Of a stretch of 64,000 nucleotides of DNA, positions 29,891 to 39,235 are shown piece by piece. Source of the DNA: an uncultured Spirochaetota bacterium. GTDB taxonomy: Bacteria; Spirochaetota; Brevinematia; Brevinematales; JAOACQ01. Where the stretch lies: contig CAVYGN010000001.1 of the NCBI GenBank assembly GCA_963768055.1, positions 1,152,001 through 1,216,000 of the forward strand, in the 5' to 3' direction. The translations under genes and the position numbers were made by a program. Position 1 is the stretch's first letter. The number at the start of each line of letters is the position of its first letter. The notes below the pieces were generated by a model that had not been told where the DNA came from, searched no databases, and saw only the letters and a list, made by a program, of their open reading frames with translations.

Positions 29891-30919
29891 TTATTGATTA
29901 ATCCGCCAAATATTAACCGTTCTATCCCGTGATCCCGAGGCCAGATAATTCCCATCCGGGCTTAATGACAGAGTCATGATATCTCCGTTATGGGCTTTTA
30001 TTTTGTATATCATTGAACCGCTGTCAATATCAAAAACTTCTATATAATCATCCTGTCCGCCGGAGAATACAAGCTTCTCATCGCTTGAAAATATCGCCAC
30101 CGGCACGCTGCCGTTATGACCGGTCAGAACACGATACGGGGCATCATACTCTCCCCATTTCCATACGCTGATCGTAGAATCGGAGCTGGCGCAAAGTATG
30201 TATTTTTGCCCCTGAGATATACTCACATACTCGATAGACCGCTGGTGGTATTTTACAGCATTAAATAGTTCCAATGAAGGAAATTTCCAGACTTTGAAAA
30301 AACCGTCCTCGCCTCCGCTGACTGCAAATTTTCCGTCAGGCGAGATGCTGGTGCTCCATACCTCGTTTTCATGCCCTTTTACATTGGCTATTGGTTTAAG
30401 ATCCGGCACGCTCCAGACTCTTAACTGGCTGTCAACCCCGGCAGTGATGATATACTGATCGTTTGGAGAAACATCAAGGGATTGGATGCCCTTCATATGT
30501 GCGTAAGTGTTGGTAATTCCAATAAAATTGTTCCTGACCGAAACTATTTTAAGTGTTTCATATGAACCGTAAACTAAATAATTATTATCCGGAGAAAATT
30601 TAACAGGTATACCCCAAATATCATAATAACTTTCATTGAAGGTTTTTACGACTTTCCATGATGCGCAGTCGTTAATTATTACAGTTTTATCGGCGCTGCC
30701 CGAAGCAATAAATTTTCCATCGGGTGAAAAATCGACATAAAAAACATACATGTTATGATCAGTCAAAGAATTAATAAGACTGAGGCTGAAATTTTCAATT
30801 TTTTTATTATTTACCGGTTTATTATTAAGATTTTTTTCAGATTTAACGGAGCTTTCACCGCAGGATAAAATAAGAAAAAATAGAAATATCCCCGGTATAA
30901 ATTTAATAATCCTGCCCAT
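29891..30919 (-). CDS. WD40-repeat lipoprotein
   Basis: LILSC lipobox after ATG 30919; about 7 repeats of type GH..V.FSPDG..ASGS.D.TV.IW. Confidence 0.92.
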   Translation of the reverse strand: MGRIIKFIPGIFLFFLILSCGESSVKSEKNLNNKPVNNKKIENFSLSLINSLTDHNMYVFYVDFSPDGKFIASGSADKTVIINDCASWKVVKTFNESYYDIWGIPVKFSPDNNYLVYGSYETLKIVSVRNNFIGITNTYAHMKGIQSLDVSPNDQYIITAGVDSQLRVWSVPDLKPIANVKGHENEVWSTSISPDGKFAVSGGEDGFFKVWKFPSLELFNAVKYHQRSIEYVSISQGQKYILCASSDSTISVWKWGEYDAPYRVLTGHNGSVPVAIFSSDEKLVFSGGQDDYIEVFDIDSGSMIYKIKAHNGDIMTLSLSPDGNYLASGSRDRTVNIWRINQ

Positions 30920-30938
30920 TAATTCACTGCCTTTAAGG

Positions 30939-30970
30939 AAAAAGGCTATGGAAATATCCACAGCCTTTTT
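30939..30970 (-). terminator. Intrinsic terminator after the flaA pair
   Basis: AAAAAGGCTGTGGA-TATT-TCCATAGCCTTTTT hairpin with U tract. Confidence 0.75.
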
Positions 30971-31014
30971 AATTATTTCAAATAAGGTTAGCGAACTACC
31001 TGTTCAGCTTACAA

Positions 31015-31782
31015 TTACCAATTGTCTATCATATCATCGGGGTTCTGGTTCCTTTCGCTGAAGAGATCCGTGTCCGCAGTCATATAATCAAAATAGGTAT
31101 AAAAAGGCCTTCCAAGCTCATCGTCCGGGTCGAATTCAATCCTGAAACCTATGAAAGTAATACCCCTGTCTTCTGAAATTTTATAATTTTCCTGGTCGAT
31201 GGTATCAGGAATATTGATATTGACCTGCTTCCAGCCGACCCATATCATCTTTTCGGACCTCAAAAACTTAGTATTTTCCATATAATCCTTCAATACAAGG
31301 AAAAGGGTATGCTTGAAATTCCTGCCTACTACCCATACCGATACGGTTTTTGTGATTCCCTTGATTTTGATCGGCCTTGCAGGAACTATGCTGACCCAGC
31401 CCCAATCCCTTTTCATGAATTCAACTTTAATACCGAGAACATACTTGTTTTTATCGCTCACCAGGTCTTTAGGACCGCCTTCCCTTCTCATCGCGCTTGC
31501 AATGCCGAAATCCCTCGGCATAAAAGCGGTCCATTCACCCGCTTCTTCAAAATCTTCTATTAGCAATGTTTGAACGAGTTCACTTGCGGTTGTTTTATTG
31601 GTATTCTGATTTGCATTACTCAGAACGGTTAATTCGGCCGTTCTGTTCAAAGTACTGGTTTGATTGCCTGAAGTATTACCCGTATTAGTGTTTGTCGTCT
31701 GCTGTGAAAATGTTGCGCCGTATATTAAAAGAAATGATGTTATCAACAATAATTTCAATTTCATAATCTTTTCCTCCGCCAT
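31015..31782 (-). CDS. flaA: Flagellar filament outer layer (sheath) protein FlaA
   Basis: Signal peptide; LLIEDFE, YVLGIKVEF, TKTVSVWVVGRN, GWKQV and YTYFD motifs. Confidence 0.88.
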   Translation of the reverse strand: MAEEKIMKLKLLLITSFLLIYGATFSQQTTNTNTGNTSGNQTSTLNRTAELTVLSNANQNTNKTTASELVQTLLIEDFEEAGEWTAFMPRDFGIASAMRREGGPKDLVSDKNKYVLGIKVEFMKRDWGWVSIVPARPIKIKGITKTVSVWVVGRNFKHTLFLVLKDYMENTKFLRSEKMIWVGWKQVNINIPDTIDQENYKISEDRGITFIGFRIEFDPDDELGRPFYTYFDYMTADTDLFSERNQNPDDMIDNW

Positions 31783-31783
31783 A

Positions 31784-32653
31784 TTACCATCTTTTATTTG
31801 CCAGATCGTCGCCGTTGAAACGCTCTATATAAACATCGGTCTGAACCTGCAGATAGTTGAAATAACAGTAAAATTGATCCACTCTTTCTGTTGGGTAAGA
31901 CCAAAGTTTTATCATCTGGAGGCTAAGGGACTTCAGGAAGGGAACATGTCTTTCAGCCTGGGGGATATAATCCGGTATTTTTACCATAAGATTTTTCCAT
32001 CCGATAAAATCGATATCTCCCGCATTGATCTTATTGAGGTAACCTTTATAATCAAGTATGTAAAACTCCATCCAGTAGTGATAATTACCGCCCCATACCC
32101 AGATATCCATGCTCCTGACCTGACCGGGCAGAGGTAAAGGGCTTATTTCGCCCTCGCCCTGAGGTGAAGTGGGAAGAGTTGCGGTAGTAGCGGTACTGGC
32201 ATTCGTCTGGTTAGATGCAGTAGTCGTAGTAGTCTGTTTAGCCGGTTCGGTGCCGGTGCCGCTTTTCATCGGATAAACTTCGATCCAGTTATATCCTTTC
32301 CGGAGAAATTGCGCCTTTACCCCGAGGGACCATTTCTGTCGGGCGTCAACCAGTGTCGGAAGGCCGAGGGGCCTGGCTTCGACATAGGTCACGCCGCAGG
32401 CTTTCGGATCCGGAGGGCTGAGCTCCTGGTTGGGATCGGTAGGCTTGGCGAACCTTGAGAACTTGGCGTTCCATTTAATGTTATTCGATTGGTCATTCTC
32501 ATTCCCGAAGTCTGAAACCGGCAGGGTCTGAAGATTTACCGCGTTCTTTTCGGTGCCGGAAAAGCTGAAAGAATAGGAATTGTTTTTAGAAATTATGACA
32601 AACGCCAGAAGCAATGATAACCATATTAATCCAACATGTCCTTTGTTACCCAT
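31784..32653 (-). CDS. flaA: Flagellar filament outer layer protein FlaA (second paralog)
   Basis: SLGVKAQFLRKGYNWIE, MDIWVWGGNY, GWKNL..IP..IPQ and FNGDDL motifs. Confidence 0.9.
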   Translation of the reverse strand: MGNKGHVGLIWLSLLLAFVIISKNNSYSFSFSGTEKNAVNLQTLPVSDFGNENDQSNNIKWNAKFSRFAKPTDPNQELSPPDPKACGVTYVEARPLGLPTLVDARQKWSLGVKAQFLRKGYNWIEVYPMKSGTGTEPAKQTTTTTASNQTNASTATTATLPTSPQGEGEISPLPLPGQVRSMDIWVWGGNYHYWMEFYILDYKGYLNKINAGDIDFIGWKNLMVKIPDYIPQAERHVPFLKSLSLQMIKLWSYPTERVDQFYCYFNYLQVQTDVYIERFNGDDLANKRW

Positions 32654-32680
32654 AGACCTCTCCTTAGATCTTATTTTGTT

Positions 32681-33040
32681 TTATAAAATTTGCTTTAATT
32701 TATTATCGTCATCTACGCATACAATCTTCGCCTTCACCTCGGAAGCTTCTTTTTCATCAACGAGCCCGAAAGCCGCTATGATAATCCGGTCGCCAACCCT
32801 GTTCAAATGCGCACCTGCCCCATTCAGGCAGATGATCCCGCTCCCGGTTTCACCCGGAATCGCGTAAGTAACAAGCCTGGAACCGTTTGTCAGATTCCAG
32901 ACATGCACTTGTTCGTAAGGGTATATTCCCGAGGCCTTAAGAAGGCCTTCATCTATAGTAATACTTCCTATATATTCCAGATTTGTTTCCGTTACCACCG
33001 CCCGGTGTATTTTAGCCCTCAAAACTGTCAGCAGCATCAA
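32681..33040 (-). CDS. panD: Aspartate 1-decarboxylase
   Basis: KIHRAVVT, YIGSITID (G-S self-cleavage site), TYAI and CLNGAGAH motifs. Confidence 0.97.
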   Translation of the reverse strand: MMLLTVLRAKIHRAVVTETNLEYIGSITIDEGLLKASGIYPYEQVHVWNLTNGSRLVTYAIPGETGSGIICLNGAGAHLNRVGDRIIIAAFGLVDEKEASEVKAKIVCVDDDNKLKQIL

Positions 33041-33129
33041 TAATTAAGCCCCTCTTCAATTATTTATTTTAATATACAAAAACCTTTATGTAAAGAGCAA
33101 ATATAAAATTAATCATGGGCAACCGGCCG

Positions 33130-33981
33130 CTATTTAAGGCTTATATAATTTTTATCCGCTACTCCCCAATATCGGCCTTCTTTTTTTAAAACTTCATACT
33201 TGGCGTTTTTTAATTTATAATATATGTATATATTATAATTGTCCTGAGGAAGGAAATCATCGTCGACATTCATGCCGTTCCAGTACTTGGTGTACTGGGC
33301 CTGTCCGTTGACTATATCGATATTTTTAGCCTCTCCTATTATATAATCGCTATCCAGGATTTTTCCTTTTCCAACCGGCATGGCATAGATTATAAAATCG
33401 CAGTATTTATAATCCCTGGATTTCGATACCGCAACGAATGTCATTTTAACTAATTTTCGGGGAGCGGCGTTCTGGTTTGCCGTACCGCTGCCTATCATAA
33501 CAATAAGGCCGTTCCTGGCCTTCTCATTTTCTGCAGGCTGTTCTTTTATATTTATATTCTTTTCTTTTTTTACCTTATTTTTCTTCTGGATTTTTTTTAC
33601 AATAGACGGCTTTTCCACATTAGTATTTTCCTTAACAGGGCTTTGCTTTTTTATTTCGGTATTCATGGAAACCGTATTACTTTTATTCGTTAATGAACCT
33701 GCATTCTCCCCGACTTCGGGTTCGACTGCGAGAGGAGTTTTTTCATGTATTCCGGGCAGCTCATTTGTCATACTTCCGGGTTTCACCGGTTCGGTCATAT
33801 TTTCATTTGTATTGACATTTTCACTATTAGTATTGGTAGATACGAATTCTTCCCTGATATTTTCACTGAATATATCATTAGTTTGTTCGATTGACTTTTT
33901 TCCCCAGGGAAGATGAATTTTCTGACAACCCGAAGCGGAAACAATAAGAATACTAATGAAAAATATTGTTAATTTTTTCAT
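33130..33981 (-). CDS. Hypothetical lipoprotein with possible FlgD-Ig-like C-terminus
   Basis: ASGC lipobox, T/N/K-rich linker, YWNGMNVDDDFLPQDNYNIYI. Confidence 0.65.
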   Translation of the reverse strand: MKKLTIFFISILIVSASGCQKIHLPWGKKSIEQTNDIFSENIREEFVSTNTNSENVNTNENMTEPVKPGSMTNELPGIHEKTPLAVEPEVGENAGSLTNKSNTVSMNTEIKKQSPVKENTNVEKPSIVKKIQKKNKVKKEKNINIKEQPAENEKARNGLIVMIGSGTANQNAAPRKLVKMTFVAVSKSRDYKYCDFIIYAMPVGKGKILDSDYIIGEAKNIDIVNGQAQYTKYWNGMNVDDDFLPQDNYNIYIYYKLKNAKYEVLKKEGRYWGVADKNYISLK

Positions 33982-33989
33982 TAATCCTC

Positions 33990-35288
33990 CTATAAACCGA
34001 TTTTGGAATATCTATAAGAAAAGACCATTCCGCCGCTCATGACCTTCGGGTAAAGGCTGATAGAGTTGTAAGGCATCCATTTCCCCTTGTCAGCCAGCTC
34101 CAGCAGTTTGAAGGCGTTAATACCGTTTGTCAGAAAAGCCGCCTCAAATTGCCCGCTTTTAACGGCCTTAAAAGCTTCAGAGTCAGAATAGGCATAACCG
34201 ACTTCAGCATCATTGTTTGATTCGTTTATCCCGAGTAAAGGCCCGAAAATAACGGATTCAAGAACTTCACTGTCAGCCACATCCTCCTTGACGGGTATAT
34301 TCATATTCAGGATGAGAAATTTATCCGGCATTGCTCTTGTATATATTCCATAACAGATATTTCCCCGGATGATACTGTCGTTTAATACCATTCTCATTTT
34401 TTTAGCGGCAAGTTTCTCCGTATTCGAATCGGTAAAAGGCACTGCTGAAAGTTTGTATTTTTGTGTAAGGGCTTTGATGAAATCAGCCGGTTTAGTGTTA
34501 AAATTTTTTACGAGCCTGTTGACAGGATAAATACGCATTGCCTTGTCGTAGGCGTTGAATATATTCACAAGCACGTAATTGCAGGGTTCTTTGCCCGTAT
34601 GTTTTTCCCTGAGCAATGCAGCCACATCGTTTTTATATTTCAAAGCCGCTTCATACCTGTAATCGTCTATAATATAAAGGATTTTCTCAGAGAAATATTT
34701 TATTATGTCATTTTTAAGATTGATATCTTCTACCCTGTTAATTATGTTTAAATTTCCGTCAATATCGGAAAAATTCAATACGGTCTTGACTGCCCCGTCT
34801 TTTTTAGGGTTAATCAAAGAAATCAGGCTGTTGGAACTATCCTTGATAAGGCAGACAACCGGTTCAAGATTAAATTGAGTCTCTTTTAAAAGGCTGTATT
34901 TATCATCTCTGTACTTTTCAATAGTTTTTTCCTGTTTTTTTATCTTACCGTCATAGTCTTCGATCTTCAAAAGCCCTATTACACCGAATCTTTTGTATTC
35001 CACCCCGTCCAGAAGAACATTCTGTTCATTAATATAAAGCGAAGGTGTATTATCTACTACTAAAATATCCCTAAGCAGCCATCCGTATAGTTTATGAACT
35101 GCATTCTTGTATTTTCCAACTCCCTCGCCCTCGCTGTATATGGCGTTACAGAAATTGTTTCCGTTTTCCCTTAATTTCAGGATCCTTTCATCGTTAAGAA
35201 AATCAGTCGAGGGACAGACCAATTCATTAATTTTATTGGATTTATCCGGGTTGTAATATATACCGGAAAAAGGCACAATCTCAGCCAT
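33990..35288 (-). CDS. DUF1015 family protein, motifs degenerate
   Basis: MAEIVPFSGIYY N-terminus, PSLYI, RYEAA and MP...YPK..G C-terminus. Confidence 0.75.
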   Translation of the reverse strand: MAEIVPFSGIYYNPDKSNKINELVCPSTDFLNDERILKLRENGNNFCNAIYSEGEGVGKYKNAVHKLYGWLLRDILVVDNTPSLYINEQNVLLDGVEYKRFGVIGLLKIEDYDGKIKKQEKTIEKYRDDKYSLLKETQFNLEPVVCLIKDSSNSLISLINPKKDGAVKTVLNFSDIDGNLNIINRVEDINLKNDIIKYFSEKILYIIDDYRYEAALKYKNDVAALLREKHTGKEPCNYVLVNIFNAYDKAMRIYPVNRLVKNFNTKPADFIKALTQKYKLSAVPFTDSNTEKLAAKKMRMVLNDSIIRGNICYGIYTRAMPDKFLILNMNIPVKEDVADSEVLESVIFGPLLGINESNNDAEVGYAYSDSEAFKAVKSGQFEAAFLTNGINAFKLLELADKGKWMPYNSISLYPKVMSGGMVFSYRYSKIGL

Positions 35289-35589
35289 ATTGACCCCTTA
35301 TAATAATAATAAATGATTATGATTTGATGAGTACATTTGAAATATTACGACTCCTAATTCCTTATCGGATTTTTACATAATAATGATAAGCCGGCCCAGC
35401 AGTTTATTCAGAACTGGCCTGATAAGACCTTACTTTGCGGAATTCCATTTATTATGACATAATATTTTAAGCAATTTTTTAAAAAAATAAAGTTTTTATG
35501 AATTAGCGACTGGAATTAAATTAGGGCCCTTCTAATAACCGCCTTTTCATCGGGCAAGCCGGTACAAGCAAGGCGGCAAGGTTGGCCCA

Positions 35590-35656
35590 TAGGGCGGTTT
35601 CATTTTGATTAGAACATTATTTATTAATAACATAGTTAGTTTTTGGAACCGCCCTT
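35590..35656. repeat. Short element bounded by inverted repeats upstream of rdgB
   Basis: AGGGCGGTTTCA ... TGGAACCGCCCT (11/12 inverted match); related to copies at 2181, 2239, 6592, 35403 and 35521. Confidence 0.55.
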
Positions 35657-35657
35657 T

Positions 35658-36269
35658 ATGATCAGGGTAATCGCGGCTACTCACAATCAGGGTAAAATTA
35701 AGGAAATAAGGCATATTCTTTATCCTGTCGATGTCATTTCCCTCTCTGATATAGGATTCTTTGAAGAAATCCCTGAAACCGGCAAAACATTTTATGAAAA
35801 CGCCCTTCTGAAAGCTTCTCAAATCAGGGAGCATTTCAAGATCATATATCCTGACGCATATATTCTTGCTGACGACTCAGGGCTTGAAATCGAAGCCCTG
35901 CATGGAAGGCCCGGAATTTTATCGGCACGCTACGGGGGTGAAAATTCAAATTTTGAAACCAAGATCATGATGGTTCTTTCAGAAATGTCGGAAGTCCCTA
36001 AAAAAAATAGAAAAGCAAGATTTGTTTGTTCAATGGTGCTGTTATCTCCGGATGGAGGAATATATCACTGCGAAGGATATTGCATCGGCAGAATAAGTGA
36101 GACAAGCCGGGGGTCGAACGGCTTCGGTTACGACCCCATATTTTTAATAAAAGAATTAGGATACAGGAAAACCATGGCGGAAATCCCCGATAGATTAAAA
36201 AATGAAATTTCTCACAGAAAAAAGGCCCTTGACGGGATAAAAAAAATTATCGGCAAAATGGAAATATAA
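35658..36269 (+). CDS. rdgB: Non-canonical purine NTP pyrophosphatase (RdgB/HAM1)
   Basis: ATHNQGKIKE, ENALLKA, ADDSGL, GFGYDPIF and KNEISHR motifs. Confidence 0.96.
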   Translation: MIRVIAATHNQGKIKEIRHILYPVDVISLSDIGFFEEIPETGKTFYENALLKASQIREHFKIIYPDAYILADDSGLEIEALHGRPGILSARYGGENSNFETKIMMVLSEMSEVPKKNRKARFVCSMVLLSPDGGIYHCEGYCIGRISETSRGSNGFGYDPIFLIKELGYRKTMAEIPDRLKNEISHRKKALDGIKKIIGKMEI

Positions 36270-36913
36270 TGAAAAAGAACGAATTATTATTTCAGATCGG
36301 TGCGCTTGTAAAGGAAGAATGGGTTTACAGGGAAGAATTTAAAGCCGGCAATGAAAAAGCCATTAAATTCGAGGAACTTGAAACCGCATGTTCTAATTGT
36401 AAAAAATGCGTCCTTTATAAAACTGCTAAAAATCTTGTTTTTTCAGACGGCAGCCCCGATGCTTCGCTTGTTTTCATCGGTGAAGCGCCCGGAGCGGATG
36501 AGGACGAACAGGGAAAACCCTTTGTCGGCAGGGCCGGTAAGCTTCTTACAGCGACTATAGAAAAATCGGGCCTTTCAAGAAGCGAAGTTTATATCTGCAA
36601 TATTTTAAAACACCGGCCTCCCGATAACAGGAACCCCCTTCCCGATGAAATCGAAGCATGTTCTCCTTACCTTGTTGAACAATTGGCTTTGATCAAACCC
36701 AGAATTATTGTTACCCTGGGCAATTTTTCCACAAAATTTTTACTCGCGACCGATGAAGGGATAACAAAGCTGAGGGGAATCATGAAAATCTCGCCGTGGG
36801 GTTATAACGTGATACCTACCTACCATCCGGCGGCTGTTCTTCGTAATCCGAATCTCCAGCCTGTAATGGAAGGAGATATTAAAAAGGCTATAGAAGAGTG
36901 CCGTTCAGGATAA
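36269..36913 (+). CDS. Uracil-DNA glycosylase family 4 (Fe-S)
   Basis: CKKC, GEAPGADED, PFVGRAG and YHPAA motifs. Confidence 0.95.
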   Translation: MKKNELLFQIGALVKEEWVYREEFKAGNEKAIKFEELETACSNCKKCVLYKTAKNLVFSDGSPDASLVFIGEAPGADEDEQGKPFVGRAGKLLTATIEKSGLSRSEVYICNILKHRPPDNRNPLPDEIEACSPYLVEQLALIKPRIIVTLGNFSTKFLLATDEGITKLRGIMKISPWGYNVIPTYHPAAVLRNPNLQPVMEGDIKKAIEECRSG

Positions 36914-36914
36914 T

Positions 36915-38291
36915 TCAATCAATCATTCTGTGTAGAAGGACACTGTTAGTATATTCATCCATTATAGATTGAAGATAGGCGATGTCAGCCTGGTAGTATA
37001 ACATTTCCATTCCGTTTACTTCTGCCACCGGCGAAGCCCAAATCTTATATCGCTTCTGCGCCATATCGTATCCGTCAAGTGCTTTATTCATAATGTCCCT
37101 CTGGCTTATCACAATTTTTTCCCCATTCCTTTCCTCATCGTATAAGTTCCTGATCTGGTAAAAAATAGAATCGGAAACCTGTTTTTTAATCCATTCCAAT
37201 TTTTCTATGTTGTCGCCTGCTTCTTTAATGGCATTTGCTGTTTTTGAAACGGGAAAAAGATCGTCAATGGGCATGACAAACTGGAGTCCTGTATTCCATC
37301 CGGGGAGCCACTGTCTTTCTGTGTCGAGATAATTCTGTTTTTTATAGTCGTAAGTGTAGTTGAAAAAAGCGCTAAGGATCGGCCATCTTGATGATTCCGC
37401 AACTTTAAGAGATAGTTTTCCCATTTCAATAGATATGTCCAGCGTTTTAAGAGTTATATTATTGGACATGGTATTCGAGATTGCATTTTCCAGAGTAACT
37501 TCTTTATCGATTATATTTGTCAGGCTGTAAAAATCGCCGAGAAATTCAGCGTTACCGGGATAATTCAACCCCATTTCCTCGCAAAGGGCATTCCTGGCCT
37601 CGAATTCCGTATTAGAAAGTTTTATAAGAAGCGGAATGGTATTTTTATACTGCACCTCCGAGCTTATCTTGTCGAACTCGGAAATATACCCTCCGCTGTA
37701 ATTGGATATCGTCTCAACAAAACGGGAAAGAAAATGCCGGCTTAGTTCAGCCGTGAGGCTTATATTTTCATTTATGAAAAGCAGACTGTAAAAAAGTATC
37801 CTGACCCTTGCCGCAACATCGTTGCGTTTATCTTTTAATGAAAGCCCTGCCGCTTCAAGATTTATCTTTTTAAGGTCCATGGAATTCAAGTACCTGAATC
37901 CTGCAAAAAGGGGTTTCGATATGCCCAGGCTCATCGAATAATTGTCGGGAAAAACGTTTGTAATTTCATTTGAAACAATATTAAATCCGGGGGGAGTTTT
38001 GGCCGATTCTATGCTCGGCATATTGATCACAGAAGACTGGACAGAACCCGGGTTTAAGAGATTAACCCCGGCGTTAAAAGCAATCGAAGGGACCCAGAAA
38101 TCTCCCATGCTCTGGTCATATTGGGCCTGTGCTATTTTTAGATCCGTTTCATACTTTTTTATTTCGGTGTTGTTCTTAAGAGCTGTTTCCAGGGTGTTAT
38201 CCAACGTATAGGTAATAGTTTCAGCGCCGGATATTTCTAATGCTGCTACAGCCATTAATAATATAAACAATAATCTTAAAGACTTTTTCAT
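36915..38291 (-). CDS. TolC-family outer membrane efflux protein
   Basis: Signal peptide, TLDNTLETALKNN, two OEP-like repeats; last gene of the efflux operon. Confidence 0.85.
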   Translation of the reverse strand: MKKSLRLLFILLMAVAALEISGAETITYTLDNTLETALKNNTEIKKYETDLKIAQAQYDQSMGDFWVPSIAFNAGVNLLNPGSVQSSVINMPSIESAKTPPGFNIVSNEITNVFPDNYSMSLGISKPLFAGFRYLNSMDLKKINLEAAGLSLKDKRNDVAARVRILFYSLLFINENISLTAELSRHFLSRFVETISNYSGGYISEFDKISSEVQYKNTIPLLIKLSNTEFEARNALCEEMGLNYPGNAEFLGDFYSLTNIIDKEVTLENAISNTMSNNITLKTLDISIEMGKLSLKVAESSRWPILSAFFNYTYDYKKQNYLDTERQWLPGWNTGLQFVMPIDDLFPVSKTANAIKEAGDNIEKLEWIKKQVSDSIFYQIRNLYDEERNGEKIVISQRDIMNKALDGYDMAQKRYKIWASPVAEVNGMEMLYYQADIAYLQSIMDEYTNSVLLHRMID

Positions 38292-38305
38292 GCCTTTTCC
38301 TCCTT

Positions 38306-39235
38306 TCAAACAAGCTTTGTTTTCCTTACACTTGTTACAAATACGTCTTCAAGTGAAGGAAATATTTTATCTACACTGAAATTAGAGAATTTACTTTTCT
38401 TAAATGCTTTTTCAATCTTGGGAACGGCATCAAGGCCTTTATCGCAAAGAATATGAATATCGGCTCCGAAAATCGCAGCTTCATGTATGAAATCCAGGGA
38501 AGCTAACTCGTTAAAGGTTTCTATCAGGTTTTCAGTTTTTATTGAGTAAACGTCGAATTGGAGAGAGGATTTTAATCCTTCCGGCGAATCGAGTGCGATT
38601 ATCTTACCCCCCAGGATAAGGGCAATTCTGTCGCAGTGTTCTGCTTCATCCATGTAATGGGTTGTAACAAATACAGTCTTGCCCGCTTCGGAAAAAGTAT
38701 AGATAAGGTCCCAGAAATTCCTCCTCATGATCGGATCGACGCCTGATGTCGGCTCATCGAGGAACAATATGCCCGGATAATGCAGTATAGCTCCCCCCAG
38801 AGCAAGGCGCTGTTTAATTCCAAGGGGAAGGTCTTTCATCATCTTTTTTTTCATATCCGTCATTTCCAACTGCCTGACAATCTCTTCTATCCTGTTATGC
38901 AGGACTTTTTCGGATAAACCGTAAATGGAACCGAAAAATTCAAGATTCTCTACAACCGAAAGGTCGTCGTACATTGAAAATCTCTGAGACATATAGCCGA
39001 TACTTCTTTTTATATTGAACTGCTCTTTTACTATATCGAACCCGTTTACATGGCCGGACCCGGAACTCGGCGTAATTATCCCGCAGAGCATTTTAATCGT
39101 AGTGCTTTTCCCTGCGCCGTTAGGGCCTAAAAATCCGAATATCTCACCCTTTTTAACGCTGAAACTTATGTTATCTACCGCCGTAAAATGATCGAACTTT
39201 TTAGTAAGGGAGATCACATCGACTGCACCGTTCAT
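38306..39235 (-). CDS. ABC-2 type ATP-binding protein (YbhF second-half-like)
   Basis: GPNGAGKST, GYMSQRFS, LDEPTSGVDP and TTHYMDEAE motifs; start ATG 39235. Confidence 0.92.
   Translation of the reverse strand: MNGAVDVISLTKKFDHFTAVDNISFSVKKGEIFGFLGPNGAGKSTTIKMLCGIITPSSGSGHVNGFDIVKEQFNIKRSIGYMSQRFSMYDDLSVVENLEFFGSIYGLSEKVLHNRIEEIVRQLEMTDMKKKMMKDLPLGIKQRLALGGAILHYPGILFLDEPTSGVDPIMRRNFWDLIYTFSEAGKTVFVTTHYMDEAEHCDRIALILGGKIIALDSPEGLKSSLQFDVYSIKTENLIETFNELASLDFIHEAAIFGADIHILCDKGLDAVPKIEKAFKKSKFSNFSVDKIFPSLEDVFVTSVRKTKLV

Noticed and set aside
1464..36913. nfi, xth, rdgB, udg, mutS2, recR and xseA as a DNA-repair island
   Set aside because: Scattered over 35 kb in separate transcription units; only rdgB-udg are linked
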